A stretch of 64,000 nucleotides of DNA from an uncultured delta proteobacterium. GTDB lineage: Bacteria; Myxococcota; UBA727; VGSZ01. Position numbers and translations under genes: made by a program. Below are positions 9,779-18,252 of the stretch, one piece after another. Every line of letters begins with the position of its first letter. Positions within the stretch are counted from its first letter, which is position 1. The stretch is taken from contig CAVZJB010000008.1 in assembly GCA_963775425.1 (NCBI GenBank), forward strand, positions 224,001 to 288,000, read 5' to 3'. A model generated the notes under the pieces. The model was not told where the DNA came from. It made no database searches and was given only the letters and a program-made list of their open reading frames with translations.

Positions 9779-10384
9779 TCAGTGCAGGTCGGCGGCGAGC
9801 ACCGCTTCGATGCGCGGGTCGGACCAGTCGTGCGCGCCGTCGAAGCGGTCGACGACGTTGCCGGCGGTGTCGACGAGGAAGGTGGTGGGGATGGAGTCGA
9901 CGCCGAGCGCGCGCTCGAGCGTGATCTTCTTGTCCCAGACCACCTCGGGCGGGACGGCGCCGGTGAAGAACTTCTCCACGGGCTCCCAGTAGTCGTCGAC
10001 GCTGACGGCGAGCACGTCGACGTCGCCCTTCTTGCGCGCGAACGCGAGGAGCCCGGGGAGCTCGGCGCGGCACGGGCCGCACCACGACGCCCACAGGTGC
10101 AGGAGCAGGGGCTTCTTGCGCGGCCCCGCGAGCGCGATCTGCTTGTCGCCCTTGAAGACGAAGAGCGCCGGCAGCGGCGGCGTGCGGTGCGGGGCGGCGC
10201 CGCTCGGGGCGTCGCCGTCGTCGCCGTCGTCGCCGCCGTTGCCGTCGGCGCCGGCGGAGGCGATCGGCGGCGCGTTGGCCGGCGCGCGTGGGGCAGGCTG
10301 GTCACGGGTGGCGGCGAAGCGCGCGCCGAAGATGAGCGCGGCGACGAACGCGAGGAACCCGAGGGCGCCGAGGACGAGCTTCAC
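9779..10384 (-). CDS. TlpA-family thiol-disulfide oxidoreductase
   Basis: N-terminal TM; LLHLWASWCGPCRAELP; GVDSIPTTFLVD; GGAGG RBS. Confidence 0.9.
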   Translation of the reverse strand: MKLVLGALGFLAFVAALIFGARFAATRDQPAPRAPANAPPIASAGADGNGGDDGDDGDAPSGAAPHRTPPLPALFVFKGDKQIALAGPRKKPLLLHLWASWCGPCRAELPGLLAFARKKGDVDVLAVSVDDYWEPVEKFFTGAVPPEVVWDKKITLERALGVDSIPTTFLVDTAGNVVDRFDGAHDWSDPRIEAVLAADLH

Positions 10385-10447
10385 CCCTCCGGTATGGCCG
10401 AACGCGCGCGCCCCGTCGAGGCAGCGCCCGCCGCGCTATCCTGGGGC

Positions 10448-10987
10448 GTGCTGCCCGCCCGCCCGTCCCCGTGGCTCGCGCCCCGCCCGTCCCCGTGGCT
10501 CGCGCCCCTCGCCGCGCTCGCCGCCGCGCTCGCCGCCGCCGTCGCGGCATGCGGGCCGCCGCCGCCCTGCTCCGGGCCCCCCGCCGCCGGCGACTGCGTC
10601 TCCGCCCAGATCTACGTGGACGCGTGCGCGACGCCGCAGCGCAAGGTGAACGGCGTGGTCATCGGGGGCGTCGAGGACTGCGCGCTCGACTTCGGCGCCG
10701 CCGCCGACAGCGTCGTGCGCACGGTGCGCTTCACGAACCCGAGCCTCATCGACGACCCGGTGTCCATCGTCGTCGACGGCGCCGCGTTCTCCGCGTCGCC
10801 GGTGAGCTTCACGCTCGGCGCCGGCCTCGCCACCGACGTCGACGTCACCGTCACCCCGCCCGCCGTCGGGGCGCTCGACGGCGCGCTGCTCGTGCAGTCC
10901 GACGCCAACAACGTCCCGGGCGGCGACGGCGCCCTCACGGTGGCCTTGCACGTCGAGGCCCCGCGGGATCGCGTGGTCGCGCGCTGA
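10448..10987 (+). CDS. small lipoprotein with an Ig-like (ASH / choice-of-anchor D-like) domain
   Basis: Lipobox AVAAC; LDFG......RTVRFTN...F....FTL..G....V.VT..P...G...G.L.V.SD; TATCCT box 5 nt upstream of GTG 10448. Confidence 0.65.
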   Translation: MLPARPSPWLAPRPSPWLAPLAALAAALAAAVAACGPPPPCSGPPAAGDCVSAQIYVDACATPQRKVNGVVIGGVEDCALDFGAAADSVVRTVRFTNPSLIDDPVSIVVDGAAFSASPVSFTLGAGLATDVDVTVTPPAVGALDGALLVQSDANNVPGGDGALTVALHVEAPRDRVVAR

Positions 10988-11097
10988 CGGCGCCCCCTCG
11001 GCGTCGTCGTCGTGGGGGGGCGAGCCCCCTCCAGGCGTTCGCCGGATGCCGGGGCGTCGATCGCGCGACGTCGAGTTGCGTGCGCTAGACTGCGGGC

Positions 11098-12237
11098 ATG
11101 CTCACCCAGCGCGCCCTCGCCCTCTCCGCCGTCCTCGTCGTCGCCGCGTGCGGCAGGAGCTCGCCGCAGCCCGCCTTCGGCGAGACGCAGGCGGAGGCGG
11201 CGGCCAAGAAGGTGCTCGCCGGCTCCGAGGACCAGCTCGCGGGCATCCTCGACGACCACTACCTCGCCGCGGACACGCCCATCCTCGACCAGGCGCAGGT
11301 GGCGGACATCGCCACGCAGACCTGCCTCGACGAGGACGCGCTCGGCGCCATCCTCGACAACCGCTACCTGCCCGCGGACACGGCGGTGTTGAACAACCTC
11401 GACATCGACCAGGTGGTGCAGACGGACTTCTTCGACGACGAGACCGCGCTGCACGCCGCGCTCGACGACGACTACCTGCCGAGCGACTTCGTGCCGAGCG
11501 TCAACTTCGACGACCTCGTCGGCCTCCCCGGGGGCTTCGCCGACCGCGTCGACAACGACACCGCGCCCACGGGCACCTCCCCCGTGCTCGTCGACGCGCA
11601 GCGCAAGATCTCGCTCGACACCACCGGCTGCAGCACCGGCCAGTCCTACGTCTTCAACGGCACCAACTTCAGCAACAGTTGTTCGTTCCCCGCGGCCCCG
11701 CGCAGCCTCGACCCCGTCGGCGGCGTCGCCGGCACCGGCCCCACCGAGGCGCTGTCCCTGGTGGCCACCACCGACGTCAGCGGCGCGGCCCTCACGGCCA
11801 CCGCGGCCACGGTCGGCTCGGTGTACGGCGCGGGCAGCGGGCCGGCGCACAAGCTCTTGATCGTCGACGCGTGGGCGGTCGGCGTCAGCGGCGGCAACGG
11901 CACCGCCGCGTGGCACCTCGCCAAGGGCGCCACCGCCGTCACCGGCGACGAGATCGTCCCCAACACCGGCGACGTCGCGCACATCACGCACTTCGCCGGC
12001 AACGCGGCCGCGCGCACCATCAACGCCGGCGGCACCCTCGACGTCGTGGCGTCCGACAGCGCCGCGGGCACCGTGTCGTTCAGCGTGTTCGTGCTCGCCG
12101 TCCCCGTGAATTTGAGCGCGGCCGCTCCCTCCGGTCGCAATTTGAGCGCGGTCATTGGGCGGCGGCGACGGGGAGCGCGGCCTTCTTGCCGGGCCAGGTG
12201 CGCCCTTCGGACCAGATCTCGTCGCGCATACGGGTGA
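11098..12237 (+). CDS. hypothetical lipoprotein with LD-x-x-YL repeats and a fibre-like motif; the true end may be near 12109
   Basis: Lipobox VVAAC; LDDHYLAADT / LDNRYLPADT / LDDDYLPSD; GLPGGFADRVDNDT; as given, the ORF runs through a repeat and overlaps hflX by 86 bp. Confidence 0.7.
   Translation: MLTQRALALSAVLVVAACGRSSPQPAFGETQAEAAAKKVLAGSEDQLAGILDDHYLAADTPILDQAQVADIATQTCLDEDALGAILDNRYLPADTAVLNNLDIDQVVQTDFFDDETALHAALDDDYLPSDFVPSVNFDDLVGLPGGFADRVDNDTAPTGTSPVLVDAQRKISLDTTGCSTGQSYVFNGTNFSNSCSFPAAPRSLDPVGGVAGTGPTEALSLVATTDVSGAALTATAATVGSVYGAGSGPAHKLLIVDAWAVGVSGGNGTAAWHLAKGATAVTGDEIVPNTGDVAHITHFAGNAAARTINAGGTLDVVASDSAAGTVSFSVFVLAVPVNLSAAAPSGRNLSAVIGRRRRGARPSCRARCALRTRSRRAYG
12109..12151. repeat. 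family B intergenic repeat with flanking direct repeat AATTTGAGCGCGG
   Basis: aatttgagcgcgg-ccgctccctccggtcgc-aatttgagcgcgg; related to aatttgaacgcgg at about 4555. Confidence 0.7.
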
Positions 12238-13906
12238 CGAGGTCGCCGAGGCCGGCCCCCGTCCTGGCGCTCGTGCGCACGGCGCGCAGGCGCGCGGCCT
12301 CGCCGTCGACGTCGTCGTGACCGCGGGGCGGCTCTTTCTTGCGGTCGCTCTTGTTGAGCACCACGATGCGCGGCGTGCCCGACAGCTCGAGGTCGGCCAG
12401 GACCTCGTCGACGGCCTCCATGTGCTGGCGCCGGCGCGGGTCGTTGCCGTCGACGACGTGCAGCAGCAGGTCGGCGTCCTGCAGCTCCTCGAGCGTGGCG
12501 CGGAAGGCGTTTCGCAGCGTGTCCGGCAGGTCGCGGATGAAGCCCACCGTGTCGATGAGCACCACCTCGCGCTCCTCGGGGAAGCGCAGCCGCCGCGACG
12601 TGGGGTCGAGCGTGGCGAACAGCTCGTCGGCCGCGTACACCTCGCTGCCCGTCAGGCGGTTCAACAGCGTGCTCTTGCCCGCGTTGGTGTAGCCGACGAT
12701 GGCGACGACGGGGATGTCCTTGTCGTTTCTCACGCGGCGGCGGAGCTGGCGCTCGTTGCCGTAGCGGGTGAGCTCTTTGTCGAGGCGCGCGATGCGGTCG
12801 CGCGCGCGGCGCCGATCGATCTCGAGCTTGGTCTCGCCGGGCCCCTGGCCGCCGATGCCGCCGGTGAGGCGCGACATGCCCGTCTGCTTCTGCGCGAGGC
12901 GCGGCAGCGAGTACCGGAGCTGCGCCAGCTCCACCTGCAGCCGCCCGCCCTTGCTCCTGGCGCGGCGCGCGAAGATGTCGAGGATGAGCATGGTGCGGTC
13001 GAGCACCTTGAGGTCGGTCTTGTCGGTGATGGCGTTGAGCTGCGACGGCGAGAGGTCGCGGTCGAAAATGATCATCTCGGCGCCGCGGTGAAGCGCCGTC
13101 AGGCAGATCTCCTCGAGCTTGCCCTTGCCGACGATGGTGCGGCCGTCGATCTCCGCGCGGTGCTGCATGACGACGTCGACGACGCTGACGCCGGCGGTGC
13201 GCGCCAGCTCCTGCAGCTCCTGCATGGACGAGTGCGCGTCGGCGCGGTTGCCGGTGTAGACGCCGACGAGCACGGCGACGTCGCGCTCGCCGGGCACGCG
13301 CGCGGCCTCACGGGCGCGCTCGGCTTTGCGGCCGAGCTCTCCCTCGAGGGACTCGACCATGGCGCCGAAGTCGACGCTGACCTCGTGCACCCCGTGGAAC
13401 GTCTCGACGGCGTGCCGCGCCGCGGGGCGCGCGCCCTCGGCGCCGTCGCCGGGGAGGTCGCCGGGCAGGAGGGTGGCGAGGGCGCAGCGGCCGGGCAGCC
13501 CGTCGTCGAGGGACTCGATGAGCAGGACGGCGTCCAGCTTGAGGCGCTCGAGGTCGGTGAGCAGATCGTGCTCGACCGCCAGGGGTCCGCGCGAGGCGGC
13601 GCCGCTTTTGTGCGGGCGCGCGACGACGAGGCGCAGGCCGCGCAGGCGGCCGGGGCCGGCGCGCAGGCGGCCGATGTCGGGCAGGTAGAGGCGGCCGGCC
13701 TCGCCGAGGGCGACGTGGGCGACGCCGCCGCGGCGATCGCAGAGCACGCCGACCATGCGCCCGGTGTCGAAGGCGCACTCCGCCAGCGCCCGCGCGAGCT
13801 CGGGCGTACACGCCGTGCGTCCGCCCGCGGTTCGCTGGTGCAGGCGCTCGAGGCGGCGGAGCTGGCTGGCTTTGAGTCCCTGGGTCTTGCCGAAGACGTC
13901 CTTCAC
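12152..13906 (-). CDS. hflX: GTPase HflX with long N-terminal extension
   Basis: LILDIFARRA, LQVELAQL, GGIGGQGPGETKLEIDRR, G1 GYTNAGKST, LFATLDPT, DTVGFI, NKSD. Confidence 0.95.
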   Translation of the reverse strand: MKDVFGKTQGLKASQLRRLERLHQRTAGGRTACTPELARALAECAFDTGRMVGVLCDRRGGVAHVALGEAGRLYLPDIGRLRAGPGRLRGLRLVVARPHKSGAASRGPLAVEHDLLTDLERLKLDAVLLIESLDDGLPGRCALATLLPGDLPGDGAEGARPAARHAVETFHGVHEVSVDFGAMVESLEGELGRKAERAREAARVPGERDVAVLVGVYTGNRADAHSSMQELQELARTAGVSVVDVVMQHRAEIDGRTIVGKGKLEEICLTALHRGAEMIIFDRDLSPSQLNAITDKTDLKVLDRTMLILDIFARRARSKGGRLQVELAQLRYSLPRLAQKQTGMSRLTGGIGGQGPGETKLEIDRRRARDRIARLDKELTRYGNERQLRRRVRNDKDIPVVAIVGYTNAGKSTLLNRLTGSEVYAADELFATLDPTSRRLRFPEEREVVLIDTVGFIRDLPDTLRNAFRATLEELQDADLLLHVVDGNDPRRRQHMEAVDEVLADLELSGTPRIVVLNKSDRKKEPPRGHDDVDGEAARLRAVRTSARTGAGLGDLVTRMRDEIWSEGRTWPGKKAALPVAAAQ

Positions 13907-13939
13907 TGCGTCCTCATGTAGCGTCGCCGCGTGGCCCGC

Positions 13940-16237
13940 TCAACACCCCGAGGGAACGGGCCGCGCCGCCTGGTGCGGCGACGAGGCCTCTCCCTCCGGG
14001 GGCCCTGGTCCTCGGCGCTCCGCGGGCGTCGCCGCATCCACAAGCTCGAGGGCGCCTGCGGGCGGGCCCCCTTCGGGAGAGCCCTCGCCGCCGGCCCAGC
14101 CGGCGCGGTCCCGTCCTTTGGGGGGAACCGCCGCGCTCGAATTGCCCGCGATGGCCTGACGGACGGAGTCGTAGTCGCGGTCGGTGGTGTGGGAAAAGCC
14201 GGTGATGCGCTCGACGCGGCCACCGATGGTCCCGGCCTTCTTGGGGTCGAACTCGAACAGCGCGGTCTTGATCTTCCGCTTGTCGGCGTCCGACAGCGTC
14301 GCAGTGGCGCAGATGGCGTCCTGCGGCGTGCGCCCGGTGATGGCGAGCTGGTGTACGCGCGCGACGGGGACGCCGGCGCGGTCGGCGGCGAGGAAGCCGC
14401 CGGAGTAGGTGGCGCCGGCCTCGCAGACGCCGTCGACGATGTCGCGCAGCACCTGCGTGTGCGTGCCCGAGATGTGGCTGACGATGTCCTTGTCGGGGTC
14501 GATGCCGGCTTTGCGCAGCGCGATGCGCGGCAGGACGTACCCCGTGGTGGACAGCGGGTCGGCGAAGCAGAAGCGCTTGCCCTTGAGGTCGGCGATGGTC
14601 TTCGCCGACGACGTCTCGTTCACGAAGATGACGCCGTCGCTGCCGGTGCTGCCGTCGATGATCTTGGACGCGAGGATCTCGATGCGCGGATCCTTCAGGC
14701 GCGTGCGCACGTAGGTGTTCGGAGGCAGCACCGCGATGTCGGCCCTTCCGGTGGTGGCGATCTCGAGGAGGTCCTCGTAGCTCTTGGCCACCGTGATGGT
14801 CACCGGGCGATCGAGGACGTCCTGCAGGTACTGCTGGAAGGGCTGCACGTCGGCGACGATGAGCTCGCGATCGGCCACCGGCGGGAACACCATGCGGATG
14901 GCGGTGCCCGGCGGCGGCCCGGCGATGCGCTGCCGCAGCAGCACGCCGCCGCCGATGAGCAGGAGCACCACCACGGCGATCGCCGCCGCTTGCAGCGACG
15001 CCAAGCGCCGCTTGCGCTGCCTTCCCTTGGGCCTCGCGAGGTGCGTCGACGACGGGACCTCTTGCTGCGCGCCGCTGGTCTCCTCGTCGTGACGCTTGGC
15101 CGTGGTGCGCGCCGTGGGCTCGATGGGCCGCTGCTCCAGCACCGTCTCGACCGGCTTCTGGCGCTTCTCGACGAGCGTGGTGTCGTCGGCGCCGTGGGGC
15201 GTGGCCTGCGTGCGCTCCTGCGCCATGGACATGAGCATGGAGGTGCGGCGCTGCTGCACCTCGCCGATGAGCGGCTTGACGAAGGCGCCGACGGTGTCGA
15301 TGTCCGTGCGCAGCCCCGCCTTGTCGGCGGCGTCGAGCAGCGCGCGGCGCATCTCGTCGGCGGTGGCGTAGCGGTCGCCGCGGTTGGTGCGCAGCGAGCG
15401 CTCGAGGGCGGCGATCACGCCCTCGGGAAGATCGCGCCGCAGCTTGCGCAGGTTCTTTCTGTCACCGGTGACGATGGCCTGCATCGAGTCGAGGTCGCTG
15501 TCGCGCTTGAACAGGCGCTCCTGCGCGAGCAGCTCCCAGCCGACGATGCCGAGGGCGAAGATGTCGGCGCGGCGGTCGAGCGCCTCCTGCTTGCACTGCT
15601 CCGGCGCCATGTAGTGCACCTTGCCCTTGAGGGCGCCGGTGCGCGTGTGGTCCTCGAGGCTGGCGGCCTCGGTGGCCTTGGCGATGCCGAAGTCGAGGAG
15701 CTTTACGTGCCCCTCGGCGGTGACCATGAGGTTGTGCGGCGAGATGTCCCGGTGGACGAGGCCGAGGGGCTTGCCCTGCGGGTCGCACAGCTCGTGGGCC
15801 GCGTGCGCGCCCGCGCAGGCCTGCGCGATGAGGCCGATGCCGGCGCCGGCGGGCGTCTCGGTGCCGGTCTCGATGGCGGCGATGAGGACGTCGCGCACCG
15901 ACGAGCCCGGCACGTACTCCATGGCGAGGTACGGGGCGTCGTGGTCTTCGCCGAGCTCGTGGATCTGCACCACGTTCGGGTGGTTCAGGCGGGCGACGTA
16001 GCGCGCCTCGGCGAGGAACATCTCGACGAACTGCGCGTGCACGGCGAGGTGCGGCAGGATTCGCTTGATGACGATGAGGCGCTCGAGGCCCGCCATGCCG
16101 CGATCGCAGCAGACGAAGACCTCCGCCATCCCGCCCGTGGCCAGGCGATCGACGACCTCGTAGCGCCCGATCGTCTTCGGAATCGGGAGCTGCGGCGTCG
16201 ACGGCGGGATCCGCGGCTCGCTCTTGGAGATGGCCAC
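13940..16237 (-). CDS. Ser/Thr protein kinase with TM and C-terminal PhnD-like phosphate/phosphonate-binding domain
   Basis: GGMAEV, VIKRILP, HRDISPHN, DFGIAK, YMAPE; TM AAAIAVVVLLLIGGGVLL; then DLKGKRFCFADPLSTTGYVLPR, SGTHTQV and DRDYDSVR as in PhnD/PtxB-type binding proteins. Confidence 0.88.
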   Translation of the reverse strand: MAISKSEPRIPPSTPQLPIPKTIGRYEVVDRLATGGMAEVFVCCDRGMAGLERLIVIKRILPHLAVHAQFVEMFLAEARYVARLNHPNVVQIHELGEDHDAPYLAMEYVPGSSVRDVLIAAIETGTETPAGAGIGLIAQACAGAHAAHELCDPQGKPLGLVHRDISPHNLMVTAEGHVKLLDFGIAKATEAASLEDHTRTGALKGKVHYMAPEQCKQEALDRRADIFALGIVGWELLAQERLFKRDSDLDSMQAIVTGDRKNLRKLRRDLPEGVIAALERSLRTNRGDRYATADEMRRALLDAADKAGLRTDIDTVGAFVKPLIGEVQQRRTSMLMSMAQERTQATPHGADDTTLVEKRQKPVETVLEQRPIEPTARTTAKRHDEETSGAQQEVPSSTHLARPKGRQRKRRLASLQAAAIAVVVLLLIGGGVLLRQRIAGPPPGTAIRMVFPPVADRELIVADVQPFQQYLQDVLDRPVTITVAKSYEDLLEIATTGRADIAVLPPNTYVRTRLKDPRIEILASKIIDGSTGSDGVIFVNETSSAKTIADLKGKRFCFADPLSTTGYVLPRIALRKAGIDPDKDIVSHISGTHTQVLRDIVDGVCEAGATYSGGFLAADRAGVPVARVHQLAITGRTPQDAICATATLSDADKRKIKTALFEFDPKKAGTIGGRVERITGFSHTTDRDYDSVRQAIAGNSSAAVPPKGRDRAGWAGGEGSPEGGPPAGALELVDAATPAERRGPGPPEGEASSPHQAARPVPSGC

Positions 16238-16453
16238 GCTCAGACCTTAGCACTTTCGTCGAGCGTGCAGCGGCGTCGTCGTCGGGCGTACGCGCCCCCG
16301 CCGCGCGCGCCGCGTTGGCGGCGTCAGGCGCCGCGCGCCATCTGGAGAGCGACGCGACGTCGAGGCATCTATGGAGCGCTGTGGTTGGACGCGGGCGTCG
16401 CGCCGCCGGTGCGCGTTGACTCGACGAGGCAGCGGAAGAAGGCGCTGGGGACG

Positions 16454-17578
16454 TCACGCGCTCGAAGCGACGGCCGCGTCCACGGAGGCGTGAAACCACA
16501 GCGACGCGTGCTCGAGCCCGCCGTAGAGCACGCTCGTGTCCGCGGCTGCGGCGAGGCCGCGTTGCACCTGCTCCACGATGACGAGGTCTTCGCGGCCAAA
16601 GACCCCGTCGTCGATGAGCGAGAAGCTCTTGTCGAAGTGCGCGCGCTCGGCGTCCGACGCCGGCTCCTGCGCGAGCAGCATGGTGTGGTGGAAGCGGGAG
16701 CGGTCGGGGGCGAGCGGCTCGATGCGCATGATGCTGGTGTAGTCGGGGTGAAGGATGACCACCGTGGCCGGAAAGACCACGAGGCTCGGCGTGGCCACGT
16801 CGCGCACGCGCACGTCGTCGACGACGCCTGGGTCGAGCTCGAGCAGCGCGCGGCGCGCGGTGACGGCGCGGATGTGGTCGCCGGCGCGCGCGGTCTCGAC
16901 CTTGCCGTCCACGAAGAAGCGCGCGACGGAGTCCCGGTGCAGATGGCGGATGTGGTAGCCGTCGAGGAACGCGTCGACGAGGAGCTTCCAGTTGGCGCCC
17001 ACATCCCGCGACGACGACTTGAACAACACCTGCGTGTCGAGCGCATCGAGATCGGCGGCGATGCCGGCCGTGTGGGCGTCGACGTCGAAGGGCGCGAGGG
17101 ACGCCCACACGAGCCCGTGCTTGACGGCGGCGTGCGCCGGGACCAAGGCGTCGCGCCCCGCGTGCGCCCCGCAGAACACCTCCTCGTGCGGTACGTGGAT
17201 GCGCTCGCCGCTGAGGTCGTAGGTCCACGCGTGGTACGGACAGACGAACGCCTTCTTCACGCACGGCGGACCGGACGGCAGGAGCGCGGTGCCCCTGTGC
17301 CGGCAGGCGTTCCTGAAGGCGCGGACCTCGCCGTCGCCGCCGCGGGCGAGGATCAAGGGCACACCCGCGACGGCCACGGTCACGCACGATCCGGTCGAGG
17401 AGAGCTCCGCCGCCGCCGCCGCCACCGACGGCACCTGCGAAAACAAGCGCTGCCGCTCGAGGGCGAAGCGCTCCGGGGACGTGAAGCGCGACGTGGGCAC
17501 CTCGCCTACGGGACGCGCCTGGGCGGGCTCGCCTTCGAGAAGGAGACGGACGAGATCGAGGTGCGCAGGGACGTTCAT
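16454..17578 (-). CDS. Rieske non-heme iron oxygenase alpha subunit (aromatic ring-hydroxylating family)
   Basis: Rieske NACRHRG...CPYHAW; catalytic ANWKLLVDAFLDGYHIRHLH; EDLVIVEQVQRGL. Confidence 0.9.
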   Translation of the reverse strand: MNVPAHLDLVRLLLEGEPAQARPVGEVPTSRFTSPERFALERQRLFSQVPSVAAAAAELSSTGSCVTVAVAGVPLILARGGDGEVRAFRNACRHRGTALLPSGPPCVKKAFVCPYHAWTYDLSGERIHVPHEEVFCGAHAGRDALVPAHAAVKHGLVWASLAPFDVDAHTAGIAADLDALDTQVLFKSSSRDVGANWKLLVDAFLDGYHIRHLHRDSVARFFVDGKVETARAGDHIRAVTARRALLELDPGVVDDVRVRDVATPSLVVFPATVVILHPDYTSIMRIEPLAPDRSRFHHTMLLAQEPASDAERAHFDKSFSLIDDGVFGREDLVIVEQVQRGLAAAADTSVLYGGLEHASLWFHASVDAAVASSA

Positions 17579-17584
17579 CGCGAT

Positions 17585-17620
17585 ATCTAGGATACGAGGT
17601 AGTTATCTCGCATGCAAGAT
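17585..17620. promoter_or_regulatory. putative tandem MarR operators in the divergent promoter
   Basis: ATCTCGCATGCAAGAT (17605-17620) is a near-perfect palindrome overlapping the marR ATG; related ATCTAGGATACGAGGT lies 20 bp upstream (17585-17600); AT-rich island in GC-rich DNA. Confidence 0.55.
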
Positions 17621-18028
17621 GATCGGATCTCGTCCTCGCTCGGACACGCCCTGGTGCGCGCCTTTCGCCGGGTGAACCGCGCCCACAACCGCGCGCTCAA
17701 GCCGCTCGGGCTCACCGCGGAGCAGGCGCACGTGCTGATGGTCCTGTGGACGGAGGGGCCGATGAAGGTCGGCGATCTCCAGCGCACCTTGATGCTCTCC
17801 AGCGGCACCCTCACCGGCGCCGTCGATCGCATGGAGAAGGCCGGCCTCGTCCGCCGCGTCCCCGACCCTCGCGACGGCCGCGCCTTCCTCGTGGAGCCCG
17901 CCGCGGTGGATAAAAAGCAGCGCCGCGCCATCGAGCGCACCATCGAAGACACCGAAGAAGAGACCTTCGCCTCCTTCGACACCAAAGAACGGCGAACGCT
18001 GCTCGCGCTCCTCGAGCGCATTCCGTAG
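17612..18028 (+). CDS. MarR-family transcriptional regulator
   Basis: LGLTAEQAHVL...LTGAVDRMEKAGLVRRVPDPRDGR winged-helix signature. Confidence 0.92.
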   Translation: MQDDRISSSLGHALVRAFRRVNRAHNRALKPLGLTAEQAHVLMVLWTEGPMKVGDLQRTLMLSSGTLTGAVDRMEKAGLVRRVPDPRDGRAFLVEPAAVDKKQRRAIERTIEDTEEETFASFDTKERRTLLALLERIP

Positions 18029-18252
18029 CGCGCGCGCGCGAGCCGCGTTCCGGCGAGACGGTCCAGGCGTTGCCGGAGCGCCGCAGCTTGTCGTCGTGGC
18101 TTTCGTCGTCGTGGCTGGCGGCGCGCATGCTCTCCGATGATGAACGACGGACATGGCTCGGTCGCTGCTCATCGGCCTCAACCACCGACGACCATCAAGC
18201 GCGCGCCGAGAAGGCGTGCGACGCTGGGGACCCCGATGCGCGGAAGGCCCCT

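Noticed and set aside
10456-10508. Short 21-bp duplication encoding RPSPWLAP twice
   Set aside because: Local slippage in a signal-peptide n-region; no evidence of wider significance
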